Part shown: positions 29,431 to 39,600 of the stretch, piece by piece | Position numbering within the stretch: the first letter of the stretch is position 1 | Layout: the number at the start of each line of letters is the position of its first letter | Assembly: GCA_963777955.1 (NCBI GenBank) | Contig: CAVZSQ010000021.1 | Coordinates: 32,001-96,000 of the forward strand | Direction: 5' to 3' | Length of the DNA stretch: 64,000 nucleotides | Source of the DNA: Calditrichia bacterium | GTDB lineage: Bacteria > Calditrichota > Calditrichia > JAJRVZ01 | Translations under genes and position numbers: made by a program | Notes under the pieces: model-generated | Seen by the model: only the letters and a program-made list of their open reading frames with translations | The model's database searches: none | What the model was told of the DNA's origin: nothing

Positions 29431-29459
29431 TTGCTTCGTATTTACGAAGTTATTATACT
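29431..29459 (+). promoter_or_regulatory. ilvE promoter with a palindrome in the spacer
   Basis: TTGCTT-17 bp-TATACT; CTTCGTA-TT-TACGAAG at 29434-29449. Confidence 0.55.
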
Positions 29460-29505
29460 GAATTATTGAAATAATCAGCATATTAAAGATTAATGAGAGG
29501 TTGAA

Positions 29506-30429
29506 ATGGCAGATAAATTTGGCGCTTTTGTCTGGCACAATGGAAAATTTATTCGCTGGGAAGACGCAAATGTACACGTAATGTCGCATGTCATACATTA
29601 CGGTTCATCTGTTTTTGAGGGCATCCGTGTTTATCAAACCCATCTGGGATCGGCTGTATTTCGGTTACATGACCATATGCGACGCCTTTTGGAATCAGCC
29701 CGGATCTACCGTATGGATGTGAACTATAGTCTGGAAGAATTGTGCCAGGCGGCGATTGAGACTGTTAAAAAGAATAAATTTGCTGCCTGTTATTTAAGAC
29801 CGGTAATTTTCCGCGGCTTTGGCTCCTTCGGCGTCAATGCTTTTGACAATCCGCTGGAGACCTATATTGCCTCCTGGGAATGGGGCGCCTATCTCGGCCC
29901 CGGCGCACTGCAGAATGGGGTTGATGTATGTTTCTCTTCCTGGAACAGGTCTGCACCTAATACTCTTCCGGCCCTGGCCAAATGCGCTGCTAATTATATG
30001 AATTCACAATTAATCAAGATGGAAGCTCTGGTCAACGGATACACCGAAGGTATTGCTCTCGATCATAATGGCTATGTCTCCGAAGGCAGCGGTGAAAATA
30101 TTTTTGCGGTTCGTGATGGTATCATCTATACCCCGCCGATCAGTGCGGCGATTCTGACCGGGGTAACCCGTAATTCGGTGATCCATTTATGCCAGGAGTT
30201 GGGGTACGATCTGCGGGAGATGATGCTGCCCCGTGAAATGTTATACATCGCCGATGAAGTGTTCTTCACCGGTACCGCGGCGGAGATTACTCCCATTCGT
30301 TCAATTGATAAAATAAAGATAGGATCCGGCGAGCGGGGCAAGATTACCAAACATTTGCAGGAAGAATTTTTCAATATTTTTAAAGGTCAGAGAGCCGTAC
30401 CAGAAAACTGGCTGGCTGTGGTAAAATAG
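29506..30429 (+). CDS. ilvE: Branched-chain amino acid aminotransferase
   Basis: HYGSSVFEGIR, AKCAANY (PLP Lys), EGSGENIF, ILTGVTR, FFTGTAAEITP. Confidence 0.95.
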   Translation: MADKFGAFVWHNGKFIRWEDANVHVMSHVIHYGSSVFEGIRVYQTHLGSAVFRLHDHMRRLLESARIYRMDVNYSLEELCQAAIETVKKNKFAACYLRPVIFRGFGSFGVNAFDNPLETYIASWEWGAYLGPGALQNGVDVCFSSWNRSAPNTLPALAKCAANYMNSQLIKMEALVNGYTEGIALDHNGYVSEGSGENIFAVRDGIIYTPPISAAILTGVTRNSVIHLCQELGYDLREMMLPREMLYIADEVFFTGTAAEITPIRSIDKIKIGSGERGKITKHLQEEFFNIFKGQRAVPENWLAVVK

Positions 30430-30448
30430 TCGAGGTAGTCGCTTTAAT

Positions 30449-31591
30449 TTAAAAATCGCCGCTTATTCCTAACCCGGGTTGATCATTTAAAATAATTTTC
30501 CCTTGCTCGACTTTCAATCCGCTGAAAGGGTCTTCACGCAACAGCAGGTTGCCATCCAGATCAGCCCAGTCAACCAGCGGAGTCAGATGGGCAGCGGCGG
30601 CGATGGCGACCGAACTCTCGATCATGCAGCCCAGCATGATCTTGAGATTCATGGCTCTGGCCAGCTGGATCATGCGCATGGCTTCCTGGATACCCCCGGC
30701 CTTCATCAATTTAATATTAATTCCGTCATAAGCAGTTGCCAGTTTAGGTATATCAGCAGCAGTTTTGACCGCCTCATCGGCAATAATCGGCAGATCCACC
30801 CGCTCACGCAGCCATTTTGTTTCTTCCAGCATAGCGGCCGGCAGCGGTTGTTCTACGAATTCCACGCCCATGGTTTGCAACCACTTGATCTTCTGCAGAG
30901 CCAGTTCTTTTGTTTTCCAGCCTTCATTGGCATCGACCCGGATGATCTTATCGGTTGCCCGGCGTACCGTATCCATGATTTCTTCATCATTCTCTTTTCC
31001 CACCTTTATTTTTAAAACCGGATAGGATTCGGCTTCGCTGATTTTTTGCCTGATCATGTCCAGAGTATCGATACCGATGGAATAGGACGTCACCGCGGTT
31101 TTGTCTTTATTCAACCCAAAAAATTTATATAGCGGTACATTTAATCTTTTGCCGATCCAGTCCATGATGGCAATATCCAGGGCGCAGCGGGCACAGTTCT
31201 GATCAGTGATGTTTTTAAATATTTCCTCCTGCAGTTCGCTGAATTGCCATAGATCATAGCGGTCAAACAGACCTGCGACGCTGTTAATCCGTTCCGTGGT
31301 CTTAAGGTGATCTTCGCCATAACGGACATTCGGGGCGGCTTCGCCATAACCGCTTATACCGTCTTTGCTGATACGGACAAAGACATTATCTTTATAGTCG
31401 CTGGAATTTCTGGAAATCGTCCAGGTGTGTTGTAAAAACAGACGCTTGGTTTTCACTTCAAGCATAGCCCCTCCAGCCGAATCATACAATTCGGTGTTGT
31501 GATTAGCCCGGCCTTTGCCGGGATAATTAACCAGGAATCCCATGCCCAGCACGGATTTGCCGGTCAGGTTTAAAAAATCTTTACGCTTCAT
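30449..31591 (-). CDS. Dipeptide (L-Ala-D/L-Glu) epimerase, enolase superfamily, with a Tat-like leader
   Basis: GYGEAAP, KIKVG, RVDANEGW, EQP, IADE, NIKLMK, GCMIES, DLDG; N-terminus MKRKDFLNL. Confidence 0.92.
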   Translation of the reverse strand: MKRKDFLNLTGKSVLGMGFLVNYPGKGRANHNTELYDSAGGAMLEVKTKRLFLQHTWTISRNSSDYKDNVFVRISKDGISGYGEAAPNVRYGEDHLKTTERINSVAGLFDRYDLWQFSELQEEIFKNITDQNCARCALDIAIMDWIGKRLNVPLYKFFGLNKDKTAVTSYSIGIDTLDMIRQKISEAESYPVLKIKVGKENDEEIMDTVRRATDKIIRVDANEGWKTKELALQKIKWLQTMGVEFVEQPLPAAMLEETKWLRERVDLPIIADEAVKTAADIPKLATAYDGINIKLMKAGGIQEAMRMIQLARAMNLKIMLGCMIESSVAIAAAAHLTPLVDWADLDGNLLLREDPFSGLKVEQGKIILNDQPGLGISGDF

Positions 31592-31600
31592 GATCCTGCC

Positions 31601-32738
31601 TCAGTTTTTGATGATCCGCTTAATTACCTTCAATCTCTTTTTTTCAAAGTCATCATAGAGTTTATCTTTTTCATTGAAACTATTGATGCGCACATAACTG
31701 GGCGAAGCGGAATGGATAAAATCATATCCCCCCAGCGAGACCGCCACGTGGGTTATGTTATTATCCCTGCCGAAGAAGAGCAGGTCACCCGGAAAAACAT
31801 TACTGAAGCTGGAATCGGGGACGACTATTTCGCCCAGCCCGACCTGCATATTGGCATCACGCGGTAAGCGGTAACCTTCACAGGCATAAACCGTTCCGGT
31901 AAATCCCGAACAGTCAAAACCCTTGATCGAATTTCCACCCCATAAGTAAGGTATTCCCAGCATTTTCAGGGCCCGGGCTGAAATTTTTTCCCTGCCGGGC
32001 AGATAAGCCGGATCCGGTTTTTGATATGCTTTAAAACACCCGGCCTCGGCAGACCCTTTCCGCCCGTCCGGTAATTTCACGCTCAACCAGGATCCCTGTG
32101 TACCTGTTTTGGCCAGAAGGCAGCCTAGCACAGCATCGCAGACAACCTGGCTGGTAATATCTGGTTCTGAATAAATCTGGGTGTAGTTGACATCCATTAT
32201 GACCAGCTCCTGGCGCCGCCAGTTGTCTATACCCTGCCTGTCGGTGCGCAGCAGAGAACCGCGGGTTATCCAGCCCAGATAGTCATAAGACGACTGTACC
32301 AGATACCAGCCAGATTGCTTTTTCAGTATTTTCACTTCGTTACCCAGTAATAGCTGATCGATCAGTTCAGCAGTGTGATCCGGTGATTTTTTAATATTTC
32401 CGACACTTACGGTGATCAGGCCCCATACCGAATCCTGTAATTGCTCCTGGGGCAGTAGTTGTATATCGGTATGTATCTCGGCAGTTTTAAAGTATTCGCT
32501 GATCAGAGAATCCAGCGCATGTTTGGCCTCCGGCACGCGTTGTTTCTGCCCGGATCAGCCATTGATTTTTTCCCCGGGAGCAGACGACATCGAACACCCT
32601 GGTGCGGCTGTCCGGGGCAAAAGTCGATCTGATCTTTTCCACGGCTGCTTCAAAACCAGCCGGTAATTTCATTTCTGGCCGGCAGCTGCAGAACACCAAC
32701 AGCAGCAGCAACCCTGAACCGATTTTCCCGGAATGCAT
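31601..32738 (-). CDS. NlpC/P60 (C40) gamma-D-Glu-mDAP peptidase, YkfC/dipeptidyl-peptidase VI-like lipoprotein with SH3 domains (apparent frameshift at ~32535)
   Basis: Lipoprotein-like leader VFCSC; PYLWGGNS..GFDCSGF, LPRDANMQ, GDLLFFG, ITHVA. Confidence 0.88.
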
Positions 32739-32879
32739 AAAATACCACATCAGTTATATCTGGTACATCCGGGTTGAATTTAATTATTCGTTAAAATTTA
32801 TCCAATAATTATTTAATGTTAATTATTCAGATATTTTGTTTTACCCCTGTAACATTTATATTTGGCCGGAGTGATAATT

Positions 32880-33593
32880 ATGATAACCGAATATACATCA
32901 ATTCTGCTGTTGGGACTGCTGGGGGGATTCAGTCACTGTCTGGGCATGTGCGGCGGCTTTGTCATGGCTTATAGCATGAATCTGCGCGGCCCGGATCCGG
33001 CAACCCCTGCCGCTAAATGGCTGAAATGGCGGTCTCATCTTTTATACAATAGCGGCAGAATTTTTACTTATATGATTCTCGGTGAGATTTTTGGCCTGCT
33101 GGGCAGCACCCTGGGTTTTATTCTGGCGGTAAAAAATTTACAGGGAGCATTGGAATTATTGGCCGGTATAGTCATGCTGGTCATGGGTATCGCCTTTACC
33201 GGATTATGGCCGGGCTGGTCCTGGAAAGATTATTTCCCCGGAGTAAATCTTTTCAAAAAGATCATATCCGGTTTGTACAAAAACCTGCGGCCTAAAAACC
33301 TGTTCATACTGGGTATGATCCTGGGATTGATCCCCTGCGGACTGGTTTATGCAGCAGGCGCAATAGCAGTAGCAACACAGAGTCCGCTGCAGGGTATGAT
33401 CATCATGCTGTTTTTCGGACTGGGTACCGTACCGGCACTATTCAGCCTGGGCATTTCCACTGAACTGATCGCACTGCACTGGCGTCGCCGTTTATACCGC
33501 CTGGCCTCTGGCCTGCTTATTATTTTTGCCGTTCTAACCATACTGCGCGGTATCGATGCCCTGGGCTGGCATCATTTCTACTGGTTGCCCTGA
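32880..33593 (+). CDS. Sulfite exporter TauE/SafE (DsbD_2) family membrane protein, cbb3-assembly associated
   Basis: GGFSHCLGMCG, YNSGRIFTY, GLIPCGLVY, FGLGTVP. Confidence 0.88.
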   Translation: MITEYTSILLLGLLGGFSHCLGMCGGFVMAYSMNLRGPDPATPAAKWLKWRSHLLYNSGRIFTYMILGEIFGLLGSTLGFILAVKNLQGALELLAGIVMLVMGIAFTGLWPGWSWKDYFPGVNLFKKIISGLYKNLRPKNLFILGMILGLIPCGLVYAAGAIAVATQSPLQGMIIMLFFGLGTVPALFSLGISTELIALHWRRRLYRLASGLLIIFAVLTILRGIDALGWHHFYWLP

Positions 33594-33616
33594 ATCCCTG
33601 GCGGTGTAATAAACCA

Positions 33617-36052
33617 ATGAATAACTCCGCTCAAATCCATTGTTATCATTGCGGTCAGCAATGTGCATCGTCCGGTATTTCCGCCGGTGAAAAGATTTTC
33701 TGTTGCCGCGGCTGCCTGTTAGCCTATCAACTGCTTGCGGACAATGATCTGGACCTTTATTATTCCCTGAATCCCAAGCCCGGTCAAAGACCTGCTCAGG
33801 AATTTTCCGGAACCAGATACGCCTATCTTGATGATCCGGTTTTGATCAGACAATTGATATCTTTCAGCGATGGTAAAACCACCCGTATTCTGTTCAGGAT
33901 ACCTTCCATCCACTGCAGTTCCTGTATCTGGTTGCTGGAAAACCTGTTTCGTCTCCATGCGGGTATCCAGGCCTCTACTGTCAATTTTATCCGCAAGGAA
34001 GTTACGATTCATTATAATGCCGGCTTGATTACCCTGCGTAAACTTGTTGAATTATTATCGGCCTGCGGATATGAACCCGAAATAAATCTGGCCAGCTTGC
34101 AGCAACAGGTACAGCGTAAAACAGATTTTGAACTATATCTTAAAATCGGTATTGCCGGTTTCGCCTTCGGCAATATCATGCTGCTCAGCCTGCCGGAATA
34201 TCTGGCCCGGGGCGGATTATCAGATCAGACTTTCACTATCTTTTTCGGTATTATCAATATCATTCTGTCCCTGCCGGTATTTTTTTACTGTGCCTTCGAT
34301 TATTTTAAATCCGCCTGGCAGGGAATTAAACAAAAAATATTAAATATAGACGTCCCCATTTCCCTGGGCATCATATCGTTATTTCTGAGAAGTCTTTATG
34401 AAATCGTTTATAACCTGCAGCCGGGTTACCTGGATTCTTTTTCCGGCCTGGTTTTTTTCCTGTTAATAGGAAAACTATTTCAGAAAAAAACCTACGACAA
34501 CCTCTCTTTTGAGCGGGACTTTCGCTCCTATTTCCCCTTATCGGTCACTAAGCAGGAAGAGCAGCACGAGGTTATGGTCCCTATCGATAAATTGCGTCCG
34601 GCCGACCGGTTATTGATACGTCATCAGGAATTAATTCCGGCGGATTCACAATTGATCAGCAACGGGGCTCTGATCGATTACAGTTTTGTCAATGGCGAGT
34701 CACTTCCGGTGGAAAAACACCAGGGAGATTTACTTTATGCCGGCGGCCGGCAGATCGGCAACACCATTGAAATCCAGGTAGTAAAAGAAGTCAACCAGAG
34801 TTACCTCACTCAATTATGGAATACGGCCGCATATAAAAAACCTGCGGGAACAGCTCAACTCAGCAAGCTGGCCAACTCCATCGGCCTTTATTTCACCTAT
34901 GTAATTCTGGCCATTGCCTTGCTGACTTTTCTGATCTGGTTACCGCAGGATGGTTTGCGGGCACTTACGGCTTTCACTTCAGTGCTGGTGATAGCCTGCC
35001 CCTGTGCCCTGGCTTTATCAATCCCTTTTACTTTGGGCAATACCATGCGGATTTTTGCCCGTAAGGGTTTCTATTTAAAAAATACATCCATCATCGCTGA
35101 ACTGGCCCGGATCAAGACGATCATATTTGATAAAACCGGAACGATAACTCATGCCGCTGTTACCCGGCTGGAATTCATACCCCTGAATGGCCAGGCCGGG
35201 GACTTATCGGATCAGGAAAGATCATTTATTTGTTCTCTGGTCAGACATTCTACGCACCCGCTCAGCCAGATCCTGCTGACTCAGCTGGCCAGGCCGCTGG
35301 TACACTTGCAGGTGCAGGAATATCAGGAGTTTCCCGGACAGGGCATCAGCGGTAAAATTCAAAACCTGTCTGTACGTATCGGTTCTGCCGATTTTATCGG
35401 GATTAATTTTAATCCGGCTCCCCTCGAAACTATTACTACGGTCTTTGTCGAAATCGCCGGGAAAAAACGCGGTTATTTCAAAATGCACCCACTCTATCGA
35501 CCCGAATTAAAACAGGTTATCGATCTGTTACAACGGAATTATCAGATTTATTTGTTGACCGGGGACAGGGATTATTCCCGCCGGCAATTGCAGGAATTCT
35601 TTCCCAGGGAAGATATGATGTTATTCAATCAATCCCCCTTTGATAAACTAAATTTCGTTCAAAAAATGCAGGAGAATTCCCCGGTTCTGATGATTGGCGA
35701 TGGATTGAACGATGCCGGTGCTTTAAAACAGAGTGACGCAGGCATTGCCATGGCCGACGAAATATCTACCTTTACTCCGGCCAGTGACGCTATTCTGGAA
35801 GCCGCTGCTTTTAAGTATCTGCCCTTTTTCCTGCATTTTTCCGGATTAAGCATGAAAGTTATCTGGATCAGTTTTATAATATCACTTCTTTATAATGTGA
35901 TCGGATTGTATTTCGCTGTACAGGGCATACTCTCCCCGCTCATCGCCGCGGTGCTGATGCCCACCAGTTCCATATCGGTAGTACTTTTTGCGATTGGTAT
36001 GACCGGTTTTTTGGCCAAAATAACTATCCCGGGCAATGGAGGTACTGCATAA
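33617..36052 (+). CDS. ccoI: CcoI/FixI P1B-type copper-translocating ATPase
   Basis: CYHCG...FCCRGC N-terminal domain, HCSSC, ACPCAL, DKTGT, GDGLND; upstream of ccoS. Confidence 0.92.
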   Translation: MNNSAQIHCYHCGQQCASSGISAGEKIFCCRGCLLAYQLLADNDLDLYYSLNPKPGQRPAQEFSGTRYAYLDDPVLIRQLISFSDGKTTRILFRIPSIHCSSCIWLLENLFRLHAGIQASTVNFIRKEVTIHYNAGLITLRKLVELLSACGYEPEINLASLQQQVQRKTDFELYLKIGIAGFAFGNIMLLSLPEYLARGGLSDQTFTIFFGIINIILSLPVFFYCAFDYFKSAWQGIKQKILNIDVPISLGIISLFLRSLYEIVYNLQPGYLDSFSGLVFFLLIGKLFQKKTYDNLSFERDFRSYFPLSVTKQEEQHEVMVPIDKLRPADRLLIRHQELIPADSQLISNGALIDYSFVNGESLPVEKHQGDLLYAGGRQIGNTIEIQVVKEVNQSYLTQLWNTAAYKKPAGTAQLSKLANSIGLYFTYVILAIALLTFLIWLPQDGLRALTAFTSVLVIACPCALALSIPFTLGNTMRIFARKGFYLKNTSIIAELARIKTIIFDKTGTITHAAVTRLEFIPLNGQAGDLSDQERSFICSLVRHSTHPLSQILLTQLARPLVHLQVQEYQEFPGQGISGKIQNLSVRIGSADFIGINFNPAPLETITTVFVEIAGKKRGYFKMHPLYRPELKQVIDLLQRNYQIYLLTGDRDYSRRQLQEFFPREDMMLFNQSPFDKLNFVQKMQENSPVLMIGDGLNDAGALKQSDAGIAMADEISTFTPASDAILEAAAFKYLPFFLHFSGLSMKVIWISFIISLLYNVIGLYFAVQGILSPLIAAVLMPTSSISVVLFAIGMTGFLAKITIPGNGGTA

Positions 36053-36155
36053 ATATGCCCTGTTTTATTATACATATTTATTTATTATCTTTTCCGGTGA
36101 GCCCGCTTCAGGCGGGGAATTCGGACCTTAAATTTTAGGCGGGTACCAGAATACA

Positions 36156-36341
36156 GTGAGTGCCATTTTTGCTTTAATCATCATCAGCCTGTTGGTCGCC
36201 GTTGGTTTTTTAGTAGCATTCATCTGGGCTATTAAAAGCGGTCAGTTTGATGATAATTTTACCCCTTCGATACGAATGCTTTGGGACGACAAGGAAAAAA
36301 TGTCCCCTTCATCCACCGATCAAGTTGAGGAGGAAAAATAA
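36156..36341 (+). CDS. ccoS: cbb3-type oxidase assembly protein CcoS
   Basis: FIWAIKSGQFDD..TPSIRML. Confidence 0.92.
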   Translation: MSAIFALIIISLLVAVGFLVAFIWAIKSGQFDDNFTPSIRMLWDDKEKMSPSSTDQVEEEK

Positions 36342-36344
36342 CGC

Positions 36345-38466
36345 ATGGCCATTGAGAATTTCCAGTATGACAATAGAATTGTAAGAAATTTTGCCTACGC
36401 GACAATATTTTGGGGAAGCATCGGGATGCTGGTGGGTTTATGGATTGCTACCGAATTGTTCTGGCCGCAATTAAACCTGGGCCTGCCGGTCACCACTTTC
36501 AGTCGCCTGCGGCCTCTGCATACCAATGCCGTTATTTTTGCCTTTGTCGGCAACGGTATTTTCATGGGATTATATTATTCACTGCAACGGCTTTGTAAAG
36601 CACGGATGTTCAATGACCTGTTAAGTGCCGTTCATTTTTGGGGCTGGCAGCTAATCATCCTCGCCGCTGCTATCACCCTGCCCCTGGGTTACACGGTCAG
36701 TAAGGAGTACGCCGAACTGGAATGGCCGATTGACCTGGCTATCACCGTTATCTGGGTGATTTTCGGCATCAATATGATCGGTACGATCATGCGCCGCCGC
36801 GAGAAACACATGTATGTGGCCATCTGGTTTTACATTGCCACTTTTTTTACGGTAGCGATCCTGCATATCGTAAACTCTATCGAATTACCGGTCAGTTTTC
36901 TTAAAAGTTATCCGGTCTACGCCGGTGTACAGGATGCTCTGGTACAATGGTGGTATGGACACAATGCGGTGGCATTTTTCCTGACCACCCCTTATCTGGG
37001 TTTAATGTATTATTTTCTGCCCAAAGCAGCCAATCGCCCAGTATATTCCTATCGTCTGTCTATTGTCCATTTCTGGGCATTGATCTTTATTTATATCTGG
37101 GCCGGACCGCATCATCTGCTCTTCTCTTCACTGCCCGACTGGGCTCAATCACTGGGAACCGTTTTTTCCATCATGCTACTGGCACCTTCCTGGGGTGGTA
37201 TGCTGAACGGCCTGTTGACCCTGCGGGGTGCCTGGGACCGCGTCCGGGAAGATCCTGTTTTAAAGTTCCTGGTTGTGGCCGTTACTGCTTACGGCATGGC
37301 TACTTTCGAAGGTCCGACACTAGCCATCAAAAGTGTAAATGCCCTGTCCCATTTTACCGATTGGACCATTGCCCACGTACATGTCGGCGCACTGGGCTGG
37401 AATGGCCTGCTTACCTTCGGGGTTCTGTACTGGTTAATGCCGCGACTGTTCAATACAAAATTATATTCCGTCAAACTGGCAAATTTTCATTTCTGGATTG
37501 CCACCCTGGGTATAATTTTTTATGCCATTCCGATGTGGTGGGCCGGCATAACCCAGGGATTAATGTGGAAAGAATTCGGTGCCGATGGTACACTGCAATA
37601 TCCCTTATTTCTGGAGACGGTTATTCAACTTATACCGATGTATGCCCTCCGTGCCGTAGGTGGTACACTTTATCTCACCGGTACAATTATCATGATTTAT
37701 AATCTGGTCAAGACTGTACGCAGTGGGAAATTGGTCGCCGATGAGCCGGCCCAGGCTCCGGCACTTGTAGCGGCGGAAACTCATACCTCCGGGCAGAAAC
37801 AGTACTGGCATCGCTGGCTGGAAAGAAGGCCGGTCCAATTTTTCATCCTGGCTACTATCGCTATTTTGATCGGTGGAATCGTGGAAATTATCCCGACTTT
37901 TATGATCAGGACCAATATTCCCACCATTACCAGCGTGAAACCATATACGCCGCTGGAATTGGAGGGACGGGATATTTATATCCGTGAGGGGTGTTATGTC
38001 TGCCATTCACAGATGGTGCGACCTTTCCGCTCCGAAACAGAACGCTATGGTGAATACTCCAAGGCGGGTGAATTCATTTATGATCATCCCTTTCAGTGGG
38101 GATCAAAACGCACCGGGCCTGACCTGCATCGTGAGGGCCAGAAATACCCCGATGCCTGGCATTATAATCACATGATTGAACCATCATCTATGTCTCCCGG
38201 TTCGATTATGCCCCCTTTCAAATGGTTGGCTGAAAAACCGTTGAATATTTCCCATCTGGAAAAGAAAATCCGTTTAATGCAGAAACTGGGTGTGCCTTAC
38301 CCGCCTGACTATGATAAACAAGCCCGGCAGGATTTGATACTCCAGGCCGAACAAATTGCCGCCGAGTCTGAAGGAATCCGCTATCGAAGTCAGATCTGAC
38401 CGGGAAATCATTGCCCTGATCGCCTATCTGCAGCGACTGGGAGTAGATATAAAAGGATTGAAGTAG
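36345..38466 (+). CDS. ccoN: cbb3-type cytochrome c oxidase fused subunits I/II (CcoN-CcoO); apparent frameshift at ~38364
   Basis: [26 protein letters not shown]; then [22 protein letters not shown]; tail [18 protein letters not shown] lies in the shifted frame. Confidence 0.95.
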
Positions 38467-38498
38467 AACAATTATTAAGCAATTATGCCTGACCGATT

Positions 38499-38693
38499 AT
38501 GCTAAACCGATTGTTTCAAAACGTACCGGGAATTCAGATTTATGGGATTTTTGTATTACTGCTATTTTTCATCATATTCATAGTGATCGTAATCCGGGTC
38601 TGGCGTGCCGATAAACAATACTTAAAAAAAATGAGTGAATTACCGCTTGATCAGACCTTAACCCGGGGAGAGGAGAGTCGTGACCGAAAATGA
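38499..38693 (+). CDS. ccoQ: cbb3-type oxidase subunit CcoQ-like
   Basis: Single TM helix followed by KKMSELPLD; lies between ccoNO and ccoP. Confidence 0.8.
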   Translation: MLNRLFQNVPGIQIYGIFVLLLFFIIFIVIVIRVWRADKQYLKKMSELPLDQTLTRGEESRDRK

Positions 38694-39552
38694 TGAAAAA
38701 GAATTAGTTTTGGATCATGATTATGACGGTATCCAGGAACTGGACAACCGGCTGCCGCCCTGGTGGCTGTATATGTTTTATATTTCCATCGCCTGGTCAG
38801 TTATATATTATTCGTACTATCATGTGCTGGGTCTGGGGGATTCCTCTGCTATCGCTTATCAAAAAGAAATGAATCCTGCCTATATTGAGGCTGTCAACAA
38901 ATCAGGTTTTTCACTTGAATACCGTTCGCCTTTTTACAATGCGCGGGGCGACTTGACCCCGTTACAAAAAATCGACTTACAGCAACAGCAGGCTCAAAAC
39001 GCAGCCATGGCAGCAAGCGGCAGAAGCGGTGCTGAATACAAACTGCAGGCAACAAATTTTGATGAATTGATTCTGGCTGCCATGGCCAAAGCTACCCCGG
39101 AAAATCTGGATAAATTGAAAACAGCATTCCCCGGGTTATACACAGTTTATCAGACTGGAAATATACGTCAATCTGCCGGGGGAGAAACATCAGCAATTCC
39201 TGCTGTCGCAGCAGCACAACCGGAGATTCAACCCCTGAGTGATGCAGCCAGTCTGGCAGCAGGCAAAAAGATTTTTAGCGTCAATTGCGTCACTTGTCAT
39301 GGCCAGGCCGGAGAAGGGGGCATCGGGCCCAATTTAACCGACGATTATTATCTGCACGGCCGGGGAATGACCAATACAGTAAAAACCATCACCAATGGTG
39401 TGGCAGCTAAGGGCATGATCGCCTGGCGGGGTATTTTAAAAGAGGATCAGATCAAACAGGCAGCCAGTTATATCCTTTCACTGCACGGGACCAATCCCCC
39501 CAATCCCAAAGCTCCGCAGGGGGAAAAAATTACAGAAACATCTGTCAACTAA
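38680..39552 (+). CDS. ccoP: cbb3-type oxidase subunit CcoP (mono-heme)
   Basis: HDYDGIQELDNRLPPWW N-terminal domain; single CVTCH, IGPNLTD, KGMIAW. Confidence 0.9.
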   Translation: MTENDEKELVLDHDYDGIQELDNRLPPWWLYMFYISIAWSVIYYSYYHVLGLGDSSAIAYQKEMNPAYIEAVNKSGFSLEYRSPFYNARGDLTPLQKIDLQQQQAQNAAMAASGRSGAEYKLQATNFDELILAAMAKATPENLDKLKTAFPGLYTVYQTGNIRQSAGGETSAIPAVAAAQPEIQPLSDAASLAAGKKIFSVNCVTCHGQAGEGGIGPNLTDDYYLHGRGMTNTVKTITNGVAAKGMIAWRGILKEDQIKQAASYILSLHGTNPPNPKAPQGEKITETSVN

Positions 39553-39600
39553 CCAGGGTCTAGACTGTCCCGGACAGTACGACCAATCCGCTACAACAGT

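Noticed and set aside
32751..32880. FNR/Anr box upstream of the cbb3 cluster
   Set aside because: No TTGAT-N4-ATCAA match found; the region is simply AT-rich
36947..37702. 251-aa alternative-frame ORF inside ccoN
   Set aside because: It lies wholly within a highly conserved gene, has no recognisable motifs, and its composition is typical of an off-frame shadow ORF
38340..38466. Programmed frameshifting in ccoNO, ccoG, fadJ, rsgA and others
   Set aside because: No shared slippery heptamer or stimulatory structure seen; the scattered pattern fits sequencing error better
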